A DNA stretch of 64,000 nucleotides from an uncultured Actinomycetota bacterium (GTDB lineage Bacteria; Actinomycetota; Actinomycetes; JACCUZ01): assembly GCA_963807005.1 (NCBI GenBank), contig CAWDZK010000006.1, positions 558,875 through 622,874 of the forward strand. The letters run 5' to 3'. Within the stretch, counting starts at the first letter, position 1. Every line of letters begins with the position of its first letter. This document shows, piece after piece, positions 39,706 to 47,877 of the stretch. The notes under the pieces were generated by a model. It was given only the letters and a program-made list of their open reading frames with translations, was not told the origin of the DNA and made no database searches. Position numbers and translations under genes: made by a program.

Positions 39706-40425
39706 ATGCAGTCGCGCGCACCCGAGACCCCGCTGGTCGTGACGCCGGAGAGCTCGGAGCTGCCGGCACCCCGGGCGCCGACGCGGGACGACGCCGATCT
39801 CGTGAGCCGGCTGCGTGGGGGCGACGAGCGCGCTTTCGCCGACGTGGTCGGCTCCTGGTCCCCGATGATGCTGCGGGTGGCCCGGGGGCACCTGTCCACC
39901 GACGCCTCGTGCGAGGAGGTGGTGCAGGAGACGTGGATGGCCGTGGTCCGCGGGCTGCCGGCCTTCGAGGGCCGCTCGTCGCTGCGCACCTGGGTCTTCC
40001 GCATCCTCACGAACCTGGCGAAGACCCGTGGGGTCCGCGAGGCGCGCTCGGTGCCGATGTCATCCCTGGCGGCCGACCGCGACGACACGCCGACGGTCGA
40101 CCCGGATCGCTTCTGCGGCCCCGGCTACGACTACCCGGGGCACTGGACCCCGATCGGGAAGCCGACCCCGTGGCAGCCTGGTCCTGAGCAGGCGGTGGTC
40201 GCCGGCGAGACGCGCCAGCTGCTCTCGGCGGCGCTGACGGTGCTGCCGGACCGCCAGCGCACGGTGGTGACCCTGCGCGACGTGCACGGGCTGGACTCCG
40301 ACGAGGTCTGTCGCTTGCTCGACGTCAGCGCGGCCAACCAGAGGGTGCTGCTGCACCGCGGCCGGGCAAAGCTGCGCACGGTCCTGGAGGAGTACTACCG
40401 CTCACGCGAGGAGGCGACGTCGTGA
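39706..40425 (+). CDS. ECF-type sigma-70 factor
   Basis: ATG with GGAGGCGG RBS. ...ERAFADVVGSWSPMMLRVARGHL...VQETWMAVVRGLPAFEGRSSLRTWVFRILTNLA... region 4 LPDRQRTVVTLRDVHGLDSDEVCRLLDVSAANQRVLLHRGRAKLR. Confidence 0.85.
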   Translation: MQSRAPETPLVVTPESSELPAPRAPTRDDADLVSRLRGGDERAFADVVGSWSPMMLRVARGHLSTDASCEEVVQETWMAVVRGLPAFEGRSSLRTWVFRILTNLAKTRGVREARSVPMSSLAADRDDTPTVDPDRFCGPGYDYPGHWTPIGKPTPWQPGPEQAVVAGETRQLLSAALTVLPDRQRTVVTLRDVHGLDSDEVCRLLDVSAANQRVLLHRGRAKLRTVLEEYYRSREEATS

Positions 40426-40697
40426 CCGACGCCACGAATCCGGGTCTGGCAATCACCTGCCAGCAGCTGGTGGAGCTCATCACCGCCTATCTCGAGGACG
40501 ATCTGGACGAGGCCACCCGCACCGAGCTCGAGGCGCACCTCAGCCTGTGCCCGGGCTGCGAGACCTACCTCGACCAGATGAGGACCACCATCAGCGAGCT
40601 GGGCCATGTCCCGGTCGAGTCGCTCAGCGAGCAGGCCCAGTCGGATCTGCTGTCCGCCTTCCGCACGTTCACTGCGGGCACACCCGGCGCCGGTTGA
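40422..40697 (+). CDS. Zinc-binding anti-sigma factor (zf-HC2/RsrA-like, soluble)
   Basis: GTG overlapping the sigma stop. ITCQQLVELITAYLEDDLDEATRTELEAHLSLCPGCETYL, a C-x(25)-H-x3-C-x2-C ZAS motif. Confidence 0.75.
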   Translation: MTDATNPGLAITCQQLVELITAYLEDDLDEATRTELEAHLSLCPGCETYLDQMRTTISELGHVPVESLSEQAQSDLLSAFRTFTAGTPGAG

Positions 40698-40714
40698 GGC
40701 CGGGAGGAGACCCG

Positions 40715-41050
40715 GTGCTGGGCTGCCCGGAGCTCGTGGAGCTCGTCACCGAGTACGTCGAGGGGGCGCTGACGCCCGAACGGCACCATGAGGTGCACGA
40801 GCACCTGCTCGAGTGCGCGGACTGCCTGCGCTACCTCGGCCAGGTGGCGTTGACCTCGCAGCTCCTAGCGACGCTGCCGGCGCCGGAGCTGACGAGCGAG
40901 CTCGAGGCGCAGCTGGCCCGGGACTTCCGCACCGCGTCCGAGCGGCCCGGGCCGCCGAGGGTCTCGGCTCAGTTCTCCCGCAGGGACCGGAACAGGGCCA
41001 GCGCCTTCTGCCGGTCCCACTTGACGGATGACCCGGCCGGCGTCTGGTAG
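40715..41050 (+). CDS. Second zf-HC2 anti-sigma-like protein (tandem paralog); C-terminal tail overlaps convergent LCP gene
   Basis: GTG with GGGAGGAGA RBS. LGCPELVELVTEYVEGALTPERHHEVHEHLLECADCLRYL aligns position-by-position with the upstream anti-sigma. Confidence 0.55.
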   Translation: MLGCPELVELVTEYVEGALTPERHHEVHEHLLECADCLRYLGQVALTSQLLATLPAPELTSELEAQLARDFRTASERPGPPRVSAQFSRRDRNRASAFCRSHLTDDPAGVW

Positions 41051-42204
41051 TTGATGTCCGACACCGGCACCGTGACGCGCTTGCCGCCGCCACCGGCAAC
41101 CGCCCGCATCGTGAGCGCGAAGCGGACGAGCGACACCGGCCCGTCACCGTCGTCGATGGTCAGGGCGGTCGTCGCGGCGTCACCGAGGGACACGATCCGG
41201 AACGGGTTCAGCAACGTCGCCGGGCTCGCCGCCTCGTCGAAGACCGCGCCGAGGAACTCCTGCTGCCGCTGCACCCGGCCGAGGTCGCCCTTCGGGTCGA
41301 AGTACCGCGCCCGCACGTACGCCAGCGCGGTCGGGCCGTCCATCTCCTGACAGCCCTTGGCCACGTTCAGGCCGCTCTTGCGGTCGCGGATGCGCCGCTT
41401 CGGGCACAGCTCGACACCACCGACCGCGTCGGTCATGCCCACGAAGCCACCGAAGCCGACTTCGGCGTAGTGGTCGACGCGAAGTCCGGTGACGGTCTCG
41501 ACGGTCTGGGCGAGCAACGGCGCGCCACCGAACGCGTAGGCCGCGTTCAGCTTGTTCCGGCCGTGCCCGGGGATGGGCACGTAGGAGTCGCGCGGGAGGC
41601 TGACCAGAGTCGGCGCGCCGCTGGCGGGCCGGTGCAGCAGGATGATCGTGTCGGTCCGACGGCCTTCGACCTTGCCCAGGTGCAGCGCCTTCACCTGCTC
41701 GTCGCTGAGTCCTTCGCGGCTGTCCGAGCCGACGATCAGCCAGTTGGTGCCGGAGCCGGCGACCGGCCTGCCGTCGTAGTCGCGCAGGGCGTCGACCTTG
41801 TCGATCCGCGAGTAGAAGAACAGCATCGTCGCGAGCAGCAGAGCCAGCACCAGGACGAGCGCGAGCAGCCCGCGCCGCACCCATCGGACCGGCCGGATCG
41901 CGGGAACGCGGGGCCGGGGGAACGGCGGCGGCGCCGGCGCGGGACGGCGGGGCGCCTCGGGTGCGGAAGTGCGCCGGTTCGTCGGTCCCGCCGCGGCGCT
42001 CGGTCGGCCCGCTCCGGGGAGGACCTGGGTGCGCTCGGAGTCGGAGTCGGAGTCGGAGTCGGAGCCGGCCCGCGCGCCGGGGGCCGGGCGGCCGCCGTCG
42101 GCCGGCGGGCGTTCCGGCTGAGGACCCGGTCCGCGGTCGGACGACCCGCCGCGCGACCAGCCCTTCGGCCACTCGTGCGATCCCGCCACGCTGCTCCTCG
42201 TCAT
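40969..42204 (-). CDS. LCP-family (LytR-CpsA-Psr) cell-wall glycopolymer ligase with disordered N-terminus containing an (SD)n repeat
   Basis: TM anchor LLALVLVLALLLATMLFFY, then LCP core (WLIVGSDSREG...RTDTIILLH...LVSLPRDSYVPIPGHGRNKLNAAYAFGG...VDHYAEV). Start taken as ATG 42204; ORF extends to 42300. Confidence 0.8.
   Translation of the reverse strand: MTRSSVAGSHEWPKGWSRGGSSDRGPGPQPERPPADGGRPAPGARAGSDSDSDSDSERTQVLPGAGRPSAAAGPTNRRTSAPEAPRRPAPAPPPFPRPRVPAIRPVRWVRRGLLALVLVLALLLATMLFFYSRIDKVDALRDYDGRPVAGSGTNWLIVGSDSREGLSDEQVKALHLGKVEGRRTDTIILLHRPASGAPTLVSLPRDSYVPIPGHGRNKLNAAYAFGGAPLLAQTVETVTGLRVDHYAEVGFGGFVGMTDAVGGVELCPKRRIRDRKSGLNVAKGCQEMDGPTALAYVRARYFDPKGDLGRVQRQQEFLGAVFDEAASPATLLNPFRIVSLGDAATTALTIDDGDGPVSLVRFALTMRAVAGGGGKRVTVPVSDINYQTPAGSSVKWDRQKALALFRSLREN
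42037..42064. repeat. Hexanucleotide microsatellite (GGAGTC)4-5 inside the LCP N-terminal coding region (encodes SDSDSDSD on minus strand)
   Basis: Seen directly: ggagtcggagtcggagtcggagtcggag. Confidence 0.8.
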
Positions 42205-42260
42205 CGGGTCCGGCGCGGTCGGTCCGCTGCCGCAAACCCCTGACCGTACCCTTGCCGGCT

Positions 42261-42806
42261 GTGACCGACCCTTCGTCCGACCGCCCCCCGGGTGACGCAC
42301 CTCACGCCGGGAAGCCCACCAGCGCCGCTCGCAGCACCCTCAGCCGGATCATGACGGTGCTGGACACCAACCTGCTCGGCTCGGTCCATGGCGGCGTGGT
42401 GATGAAGCTCGTGGACGACGTCGCCGGCGTGGTGGCACAGCGGCACTCCGGCGGCCCGGCGGTCACCGCGTCGATGGACGAGATGGCGTTCCTCTCGCCG
42501 GTCCGGGTGGGGGACCTGGTGCACGCCGCGGCGCAGGTCAACTGGGCCGGTCGGACGTCGATGGAGGTCGGCGTCCGGGTGGTCGCCGAGCCGTGGAACG
42601 AGGCCGGCGTGGAGCCGGTGCGGGTGGCCACGGCCTACCTCGTGTTCGTCGCCGTCGACGAGGCGGGCCGGCCGCGCGTGGTCCCGCCGGTGGAGCCGGA
42701 GACGACCGAGGACCGCAGGCGGTTCGCCGAGGCGGAGATCCGCCGGCAGCACCGGCTGGCCCGTCGGGAGGCCATCCTGCGCTCGCGGGAGTCCGGCGGG
42801 ACCTAG
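42261..42806 (+). CDS. Acyl-CoA thioesterase (hotdog fold, YciA-like)
   Basis: ...TLSRIMTVLDTNLLGSVHGGVVMKLVDDVAGVVAQRHSGGPAVTASMDEMAFLSPVRVGDLVHAAAQVNWAGRTSMEVGVRV. Start is GTG 42261 or ATG 42351. The stop shares a CTAG with the convergent gene. Confidence 0.75.
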   Translation: MTDPSSDRPPGDAPHAGKPTSAARSTLSRIMTVLDTNLLGSVHGGVVMKLVDDVAGVVAQRHSGGPAVTASMDEMAFLSPVRVGDLVHAAAQVNWAGRTSMEVGVRVVAEPWNEAGVEPVRVATAYLVFVAVDEAGRPRVVPPVEPETTEDRRRFAEAEIRRQHRLARREAILRSRESGGT

Positions 42807-45283
42807 GGCGACGGGGTGGCTGTGCTCCCGGACGGCGTCCCGGAGGGCGACGTGCTCGCGGACGGCGACGCGGACCCGGACGAGGTCGGTGTGCCGCCGG
42901 CCGGCGCGCCGGTGCTGCCTGCCCCCGACGTCCCGTCGGTCGCCGTGCCGGCCGGGCTCGGGGACCTGCTCGCAGCCGGCCCGGCCGGGGCCGGGCTCGA
43001 GGGTGCGGAGGACGCGGTGCCGGCCGTCGCCGACCCGCTGGGGGTCCCGGAACCCGTCGTGGTTGACGGTGAGACCGTCGCTGTCGGGGCGGGTGCCGGT
43101 GCCGCGTCGCCGTTCTCGGCCCGGACGATGTCGATGATCTGCTGCTCGTAGCCGGCGAGGGTCGACCGGATCTGGTCCAGCGGGACGTCGGTGATGGTCC
43201 GGCCGAAGGCCAGCACCTGCTGCCAGACGGCGGTGAGCGCAGCGGTGCCGGCCTCGCTGAGCGGGCCGTCCAGGGTGAGGACCAGCTGCTGGGCCAGCGA
43301 GTAGGCGACACACTGCACGCAGTTGTAGTTGACGGCGGCCGAGAGGTTCTGTGGCACGACCACATCGGCCTGGCCAAGGACCAGCACGACCTGGAAGCCG
43401 ACGGCGACCGCGGCGCAGCCGGTGCAGCTGGCGAACGCGTAGGCCTCGTTGGTGTTCAGGACGGTGCCGTCGTCGGCCCACACCAGGGCGAACGCGACGT
43501 CGTAGCGGGTGGTGCCGTCGGTGGTGTTGACGGCCAGCGCCTGGGTGTCGCCCGCCCCCGGAGCCTCCGGCCGGTCGAACGGGAACACCCAGGTGGGAGC
43601 GTCGGCCGGCGCGGCGGGAGCGCCGGGAGCCGCAGCCGGGGCGTCAGCCGCGCCCTGGGCAGCCGGCGGTGCCGACCCGGCCGGCACCAGGACCAGGGCC
43701 AGCTCCGGCTGGTCCGGTGGTGGCGGCTGCTCGTCGCTGGCCCACAGGGTCTGCGCCAACCCGCGCTGACCTTCGCGCAGCGACGGTGCGGCCGGACGCG
43801 GAGGTGCCAGGCGGTCTAGGACGGGGATCCGCTGGTACGCCGCCGCCGGCACGGCGTCGAACACGGTGCCGCGCTCGGTCGGCCGGATCGGCCGGTACTT
43901 CTGCTCACCCGGCCACCAGGCGTAGGCCAGACCGCCGAGCAGCGCGAGGGCAGCGACGACCGCGACCGCACGGCGACCGGGGCGTCCCGCGGTGCTCCGG
44001 CGTACCGAGCGGACGCTGCGACGGACCAGCCGCCCGAGCAGGTAGAGCATCGCCAGGACCGGCAGCGCGATCGCCAGGATCGAGACCAGTCGGACGCCGA
44101 CCGTGGTCCACGCGTGCGACGCCCACGCGACCGACAGCGCGTGCGACTGCGCACCCAGGCTCTCCCACGCGGTGCCGATCGCGCGGGGGAGGGCGACGAC
44201 CATCATCACCAACGAGAGGAGCAGCACGGGCACGACGACGAGCACCCAGACGGTGACGACGGCCCGGGCCCACCAGGTCAGTGGCGACGGTCGTCGCCAG
44301 TTCTGCGGGAGCAGACCGAGCAACGTCGGCTTGATGTGCGAGTAGAGGTCCGGTACGCCGGTCACGTCGGCGAGGATGTGGTAGCCGTCGAAGCGTACGA
44401 ACGGCGCCAGCTGCCGCAGCATCTGCAGCACCTGTGCGCCGATGACCAGCAGCAGCGCCTGCCAGTGCACGACCGCCCACACGCCGAACATCGCGAGGGC
44501 GAATACCGCGTTGAAGTACAGCCCACCCAGGTCGACCCGGACCCGGCCGCCTCGGCCGAGCCGGTAGCTGTCACTCACCTCGGTGTAGAACGCCGGCCAG
44601 ACCAGGTAGAGGCCGGCCCCCATCGCGCCGGGGGTCGCGCCGCCGTAGCGGCAGGCCGCCGCGTGACCGAACTCGTGGAAGCCCGCCGAGACCGCCGTGA
44701 TCGCGAAGACGAGCAGGAACAGGCCGGGCTGGGTGAACGCGTCCCTGGTGGCGGCCGCGAGGCCCTCCCGGAACAGCACCCAGCCCGCGACGGCCACGAA
44801 CGCGAGGGTGAACGGCACGACGACGGCCGGGTGGAAGAAGACGGCGAACGGTGCCGTGACCCGCCGGGTCACGGCCGGGTCGGACACGACGTACTTGAAC
44901 CTGACCGCGAGCAGCGGGTTGGCCTTGCGCACCTCGGGATCGCTGCCGTCGGGCCGCCGCAGGACGCCGAGCGGCCGGAGCCGGTCGTCCACGAGGGACC
45001 GCACCTGCTCGGCGGTGACCCCGCGGCCGAAGGACTCGCTCACGGCATCGGCGAGCTCGTCGTACGTGCGGTGGCCGTCGATCTCCTCGAGAACGACGTA
45101 GAGCAGCCGGGTGAGCTGGACGGTCTGGCCGTCCGAGCGCCGGACCAGTGCCGGCGGCTCCTTGTAGCCGGAGCCCGCGAGGCTGCCGATCAGCTCGACA
45201 CCGGCCGCCCGAGCGGGCACCTCCGGGCTGGAGGTGCCCGCTCGGGTCGCGGACTGGGCCGGGGCGTCCGGCGTCGCGGTCAC
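42803..45283 (-). CDS. Multi-domain membrane protein: N-terminal PqqD-like (RiPP-recognition-element-like) domain + M50/site-2-protease-type intramembrane zinc metalloprotease + extracytoplasmic Cys-containing domain + Ser/Thr/Pro/Gly-rich tail
   Basis: PqqD-like region: PALVRRSDGQTVQLTRLLYVVLEEIDGHRTYDELADAVSESFGRGVTAEQVRSLVDDRLRPLGVL. M50 region: HExxH in a TM helix (AGFHEFGHAAACRYGG) and a later FDGYHILADV Asp ligand. Extracytoplasmic part: CTGC / NYNCVQC. Tail of about 110 aa of S/T/P/G/A. Start GTG 45283 (alternative GTG about 75 nt downstream). Confidence 0.6.
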   Translation of the reverse strand: MTATPDAPAQSATRAGTSSPEVPARAAGVELIGSLAGSGYKEPPALVRRSDGQTVQLTRLLYVVLEEIDGHRTYDELADAVSESFGRGVTAEQVRSLVDDRLRPLGVLRRPDGSDPEVRKANPLLAVRFKYVVSDPAVTRRVTAPFAVFFHPAVVVPFTLAFVAVAGWVLFREGLAAATRDAFTQPGLFLLVFAITAVSAGFHEFGHAAACRYGGATPGAMGAGLYLVWPAFYTEVSDSYRLGRGGRVRVDLGGLYFNAVFALAMFGVWAVVHWQALLLVIGAQVLQMLRQLAPFVRFDGYHILADVTGVPDLYSHIKPTLLGLLPQNWRRPSPLTWWARAVVTVWVLVVVPVLLLSLVMMVVALPRAIGTAWESLGAQSHALSVAWASHAWTTVGVRLVSILAIALPVLAMLYLLGRLVRRSVRSVRRSTAGRPGRRAVAVVAALALLGGLAYAWWPGEQKYRPIRPTERGTVFDAVPAAAYQRIPVLDRLAPPRPAAPSLREGQRGLAQTLWASDEQPPPPDQPELALVLVPAGSAPPAAQGAADAPAAAPGAPAAPADAPTWVFPFDRPEAPGAGDTQALAVNTTDGTTRYDVAFALVWADDGTVLNTNEAYAFASCTGCAAVAVGFQVVLVLGQADVVVPQNLSAAVNYNCVQCVAYSLAQQLVLTLDGPLSEAGTAALTAVWQQVLAFGRTITDVPLDQIRSTLAGYEQQIIDIVRAENGDAAPAPAPTATVSPSTTTGSGTPSGSATAGTASSAPSSPAPAGPAASRSPSPAGTATDGTSGAGSTGAPAGGTPTSSGSASPSASTSPSGTPSGSTATPSP

Positions 45284-45297
45284 GTCGGGTAGGGGTG

Positions 45298-46059
45298 CTA
45301 CTGGCCGGCGGTGGCGGTCGATCCGCTGCCGGAGTCGGCCGGTACCTCGTCGCCCTGGCTGATGTCGGACGTCTGGTCCGCGGTGGCGTCCGCCGACACG
45401 TCGTCGAGGTGCTGGTTGATGATCGCGTCCTGCTGGGCGACCGCTGTGGCGGCCGAGCCGATCGAGCCGACGTTCGCCGATGCGGCCGCATCGATCGGTG
45501 CCGCCACGTTGGCGTTCGCGGCCACCGCACCGGCGATCGGGGCAGCCACGTCGGCGTCCAGGTTGAGGTCGACGTTCACGTCGAGCAGGTTGCCGTCCAG
45601 CATCGAGGCCGGGTCGGCGGTGACGGCCGCCGGGTCGGCGGGTGCCGTGCCGTCGGTCGGCGTGCTGCCGTCGGTCGGCGTGCTGCCGTCGGCCGGGGCG
45701 CTGCCGGTCCCGTCCGTCGGGGTGTCGACGACGCTGTCGCCCTGTCCGATGGTGCTGTCCTGCGGGGCGTTGGCGGTGGCCTCGCCGGAGATCCCCTGGT
45801 CGATCTGCACGCCCTGGTCGGCCAGCGCCTGGGCGGTCGAGCCGGCGGACAGCACGTTGGCGCCCACAGCGGCGTTGATCGGCGCAGCGATGTTGGCGTT
45901 CGCCGCGACCGCGAGGTCGATCGGCGCGGCCACGTCCAGCCCGAGGTCCAGGTCCGCGTTGAGGTCGAGCAGCGAGATCACCTCCTTGGGAGGCAGCGCG
46001 GTGCCGGCCTCGGCGGCCAGCTCGGCGTCCGACATCGGGGTGGGGTCGTTCTCGGTCAT
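45298..46059 (-). CDS. Acidic (Asp/Ala/Asn-rich) protein composed of two ~80-aa tandem repeats; no signal peptide; unknown family
   Basis: ATG 46059 with GGGAGGA RBS. Repeat 1: LLDLNADLDLGLDVAAPIDLAVAANANIAAPINAAVGANVLSAGSTAQALADQG... Repeat 2: LLDVNVDLNLDADVAAPIAGAVAANANVAAPIDAAASANVGSIGSAATAVAQQD... Stop lies 14 nt from the next gene. Confidence 0.6.
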   Translation of the reverse strand: MTENDPTPMSDAELAAEAGTALPPKEVISLLDLNADLDLGLDVAAPIDLAVAANANIAAPINAAVGANVLSAGSTAQALADQGVQIDQGISGEATANAPQDSTIGQGDSVVDTPTDGTGSAPADGSTPTDGSTPTDGTAPADPAAVTADPASMLDGNLLDVNVDLNLDADVAAPIAGAVAANANVAAPIDAAASANVGSIGSAATAVAQQDAIINQHLDDVSADATADQTSDISQGDEVPADSGSGSTATAGQ

Positions 46060-46220
46060 GTGCCGTCCTCCCGCACGCGCGCTGAGCGTGCTTGGTCGTG
46101 CGTCCTCGAGGACCGGCAGATCGCTGTACCCCCGTGGACGCGAGGCAGGCACTCGCAGCGAGGGCCGGCCCGGTCGATGTGTCTCGGGCGGCTGGTTGCC
46201 CGCTGGGGGAGGGCTGAAAC

Positions 46221-47729
46221 TCAGCTGCAGACGTGGTCTGCGGCGGTGCGCACGCCGGAGCCGGCCGGTGCGGCCGCGCTGACCCGTACCGGCTTGGTGC
46301 CGGAGTAGGACGTGCCGATGACCACCTGCATGGTGCGGCCCAGCCCGGCCACCGGCACCAGCGCCGCGCCCGGCAGCGCCGCCGCGACCGTCTTGATGCT
46401 CTCGGTGTACCGGGCGTCGAACCGCACGGAGGTCCGAGCCACTCCGGTGCGGCTCCAGTTGGCGGCCGGACCGGCCATGCTGAAGCCCTCGGCAGCCAGG
46501 TCCGCGCTGGCCCGTGAACCGAGGCCCGGGGTGCCGCCGCCGTTGTAGACCTGCAGGTGCACCCCGGACGGGGGGATGGTCGGCCGCTGGGCACGGCCCG
46601 GACCGCGCTGCGGGCGTGCGGTGTCGTCGCGCATCGCCGCGAACACCGCGGTCGCGGCCCGGTCGTCCCACAGGGCGACGGAACCTGCGCGCGCGGAGCG
46701 GTACGACGGGTCGGCGACCGGCACCGTCCGGAACCTGATGTCGCTGCCCGACACGTGCCGGAGCCGGGTGCCGAGCCGGACCAGCTCGTCCTCGGTGAGG
46801 CCGGGGTCGGCGCGTACGGCGGACAGCGCGGCGTCGAGGAACCGGACGAGTGCCCGTGGGTCCAGCAGCACGTCGCGACTGGTGGCCCGGTCGACCATGG
46901 CGGCGAGGAACCGCTGCTGCCGCTCCACCCGGCCGAGGTCCGCGCGCGCGTCGAGGTGCCGGGCCCGGACGTAGGCCAGGGCTGTCTCGCCGTCGAGGTG
47001 GCTGACGCCGGCCGGTAGCTTCAGGCCCGCCTTGCGGTCGCGCATCCGGCTGGTGCTGCAGACGTCCACCCCGCCGACGGCGTCGACCAGCCGGACGAAC
47101 CCGAGGAAGTCGACCTCCAGGTAGTGGTCGACCCGCACGCCGGTGGTCCGCTCGATGGTCGCGACCGTCAGGGCCGGACCGCCGAACGCGTACGCCGCGT
47201 TGAGCTTGTTCCGGCGTTCGGGGACCCGGTCGCCGCCAGTGGAGACGTGCGCGGGGATCGTGACGTAGGAGTCCCGCGGCAGGCTCACCGCTTCGACAGT
47301 GCCGTGCTGCGCGGAGACGTGGACCAGCAGCATGGTGTCGGCGCGCCGGCCGGCGGCCGTCTGGGTGGTGCCGACGTGCAGCCGCTTCATGTCCGCGCGC
47401 GACATGCCGGTGCGACCGTCGGAGCCGACGAGAAGGAACGTGGTCGAGCCGGCGGCGGAGGCGGGCGGGCGGTCGGTGAGCCCGGCGAAGGCGTCGACCC
47501 GGTCGATCTTGCGGGTCGACCACGACAGCAGTGCGTAGCCGGAGGCGCTGGCGGCAAGCACCCCGAAGGCGGTCGCGGCGGCAACGAGGACGAGCAGGCG
47601 ACGGCCGATCCGGCTGAGCCGGGTCGGTGGCCGGCGACCCACCCGCGGGGGCCGCGGAGCGGCGGCGCTGCGCCCGCGCGGGTTCAGCTGCGGCGGGAGG
47701 GCCGGCTGGACGCCGGTCGGCGTGGACAT
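46221..47729 (-). CDS. LCP-family (LytR-CpsA-Psr) glycopolymer ligase with C-terminal LytR_C-like domain
   Basis: ATG 47729. TM anchor RIGRRLLVLVAAATAFGVLAA, then LCP core (FLLVGSDGR...ADTMLLVH...SLPRDSYVTIPAH...NKLNAAYAFGG...VDHYLEVDF) and C-terminal VHLQVYNGGGTPGLGSRASADLAAEGF. Confidence 0.8.
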   Translation of the reverse strand: MSTPTGVQPALPPQLNPRGRSAAAPRPPRVGRRPPTRLSRIGRRLLVLVAAATAFGVLAASASGYALLSWSTRKIDRVDAFAGLTDRPPASAAGSTTFLLVGSDGRTGMSRADMKRLHVGTTQTAAGRRADTMLLVHVSAQHGTVEAVSLPRDSYVTIPAHVSTGGDRVPERRNKLNAAYAFGGPALTVATIERTTGVRVDHYLEVDFLGFVRLVDAVGGVDVCSTSRMRDRKAGLKLPAGVSHLDGETALAYVRARHLDARADLGRVERQQRFLAAMVDRATSRDVLLDPRALVRFLDAALSAVRADPGLTEDELVRLGTRLRHVSGSDIRFRTVPVADPSYRSARAGSVALWDDRAATAVFAAMRDDTARPQRGPGRAQRPTIPPSGVHLQVYNGGGTPGLGSRASADLAAEGFSMAGPAANWSRTGVARTSVRFDARYTESIKTVAAALPGAALVPVAGLGRTMQVVIGTSYSGTKPVRVSAAAPAGSGVRTAADHVCS

Positions 47730-47877
47730 GCGGTCGCTCCTTCCGGCCTGCGGGGTCGGAGGGCGGGTCGCCGCCCCCTCGTGCCCGGCCAGGCTAGGTC
47801 GAGCAGGTGAGCGGGCCCCGGTGCCACGCCGTACGCCGTCGGGCGCCCGGTCGGCCCTCGGATACCGTGTCCGCGCC

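Noticed and set aside
42803-42806. Shared CTAG between convergent thioesterase and M50-fusion gene stops
   Set aside because: Simple convergent stop overlap. No evidence of functional significance.
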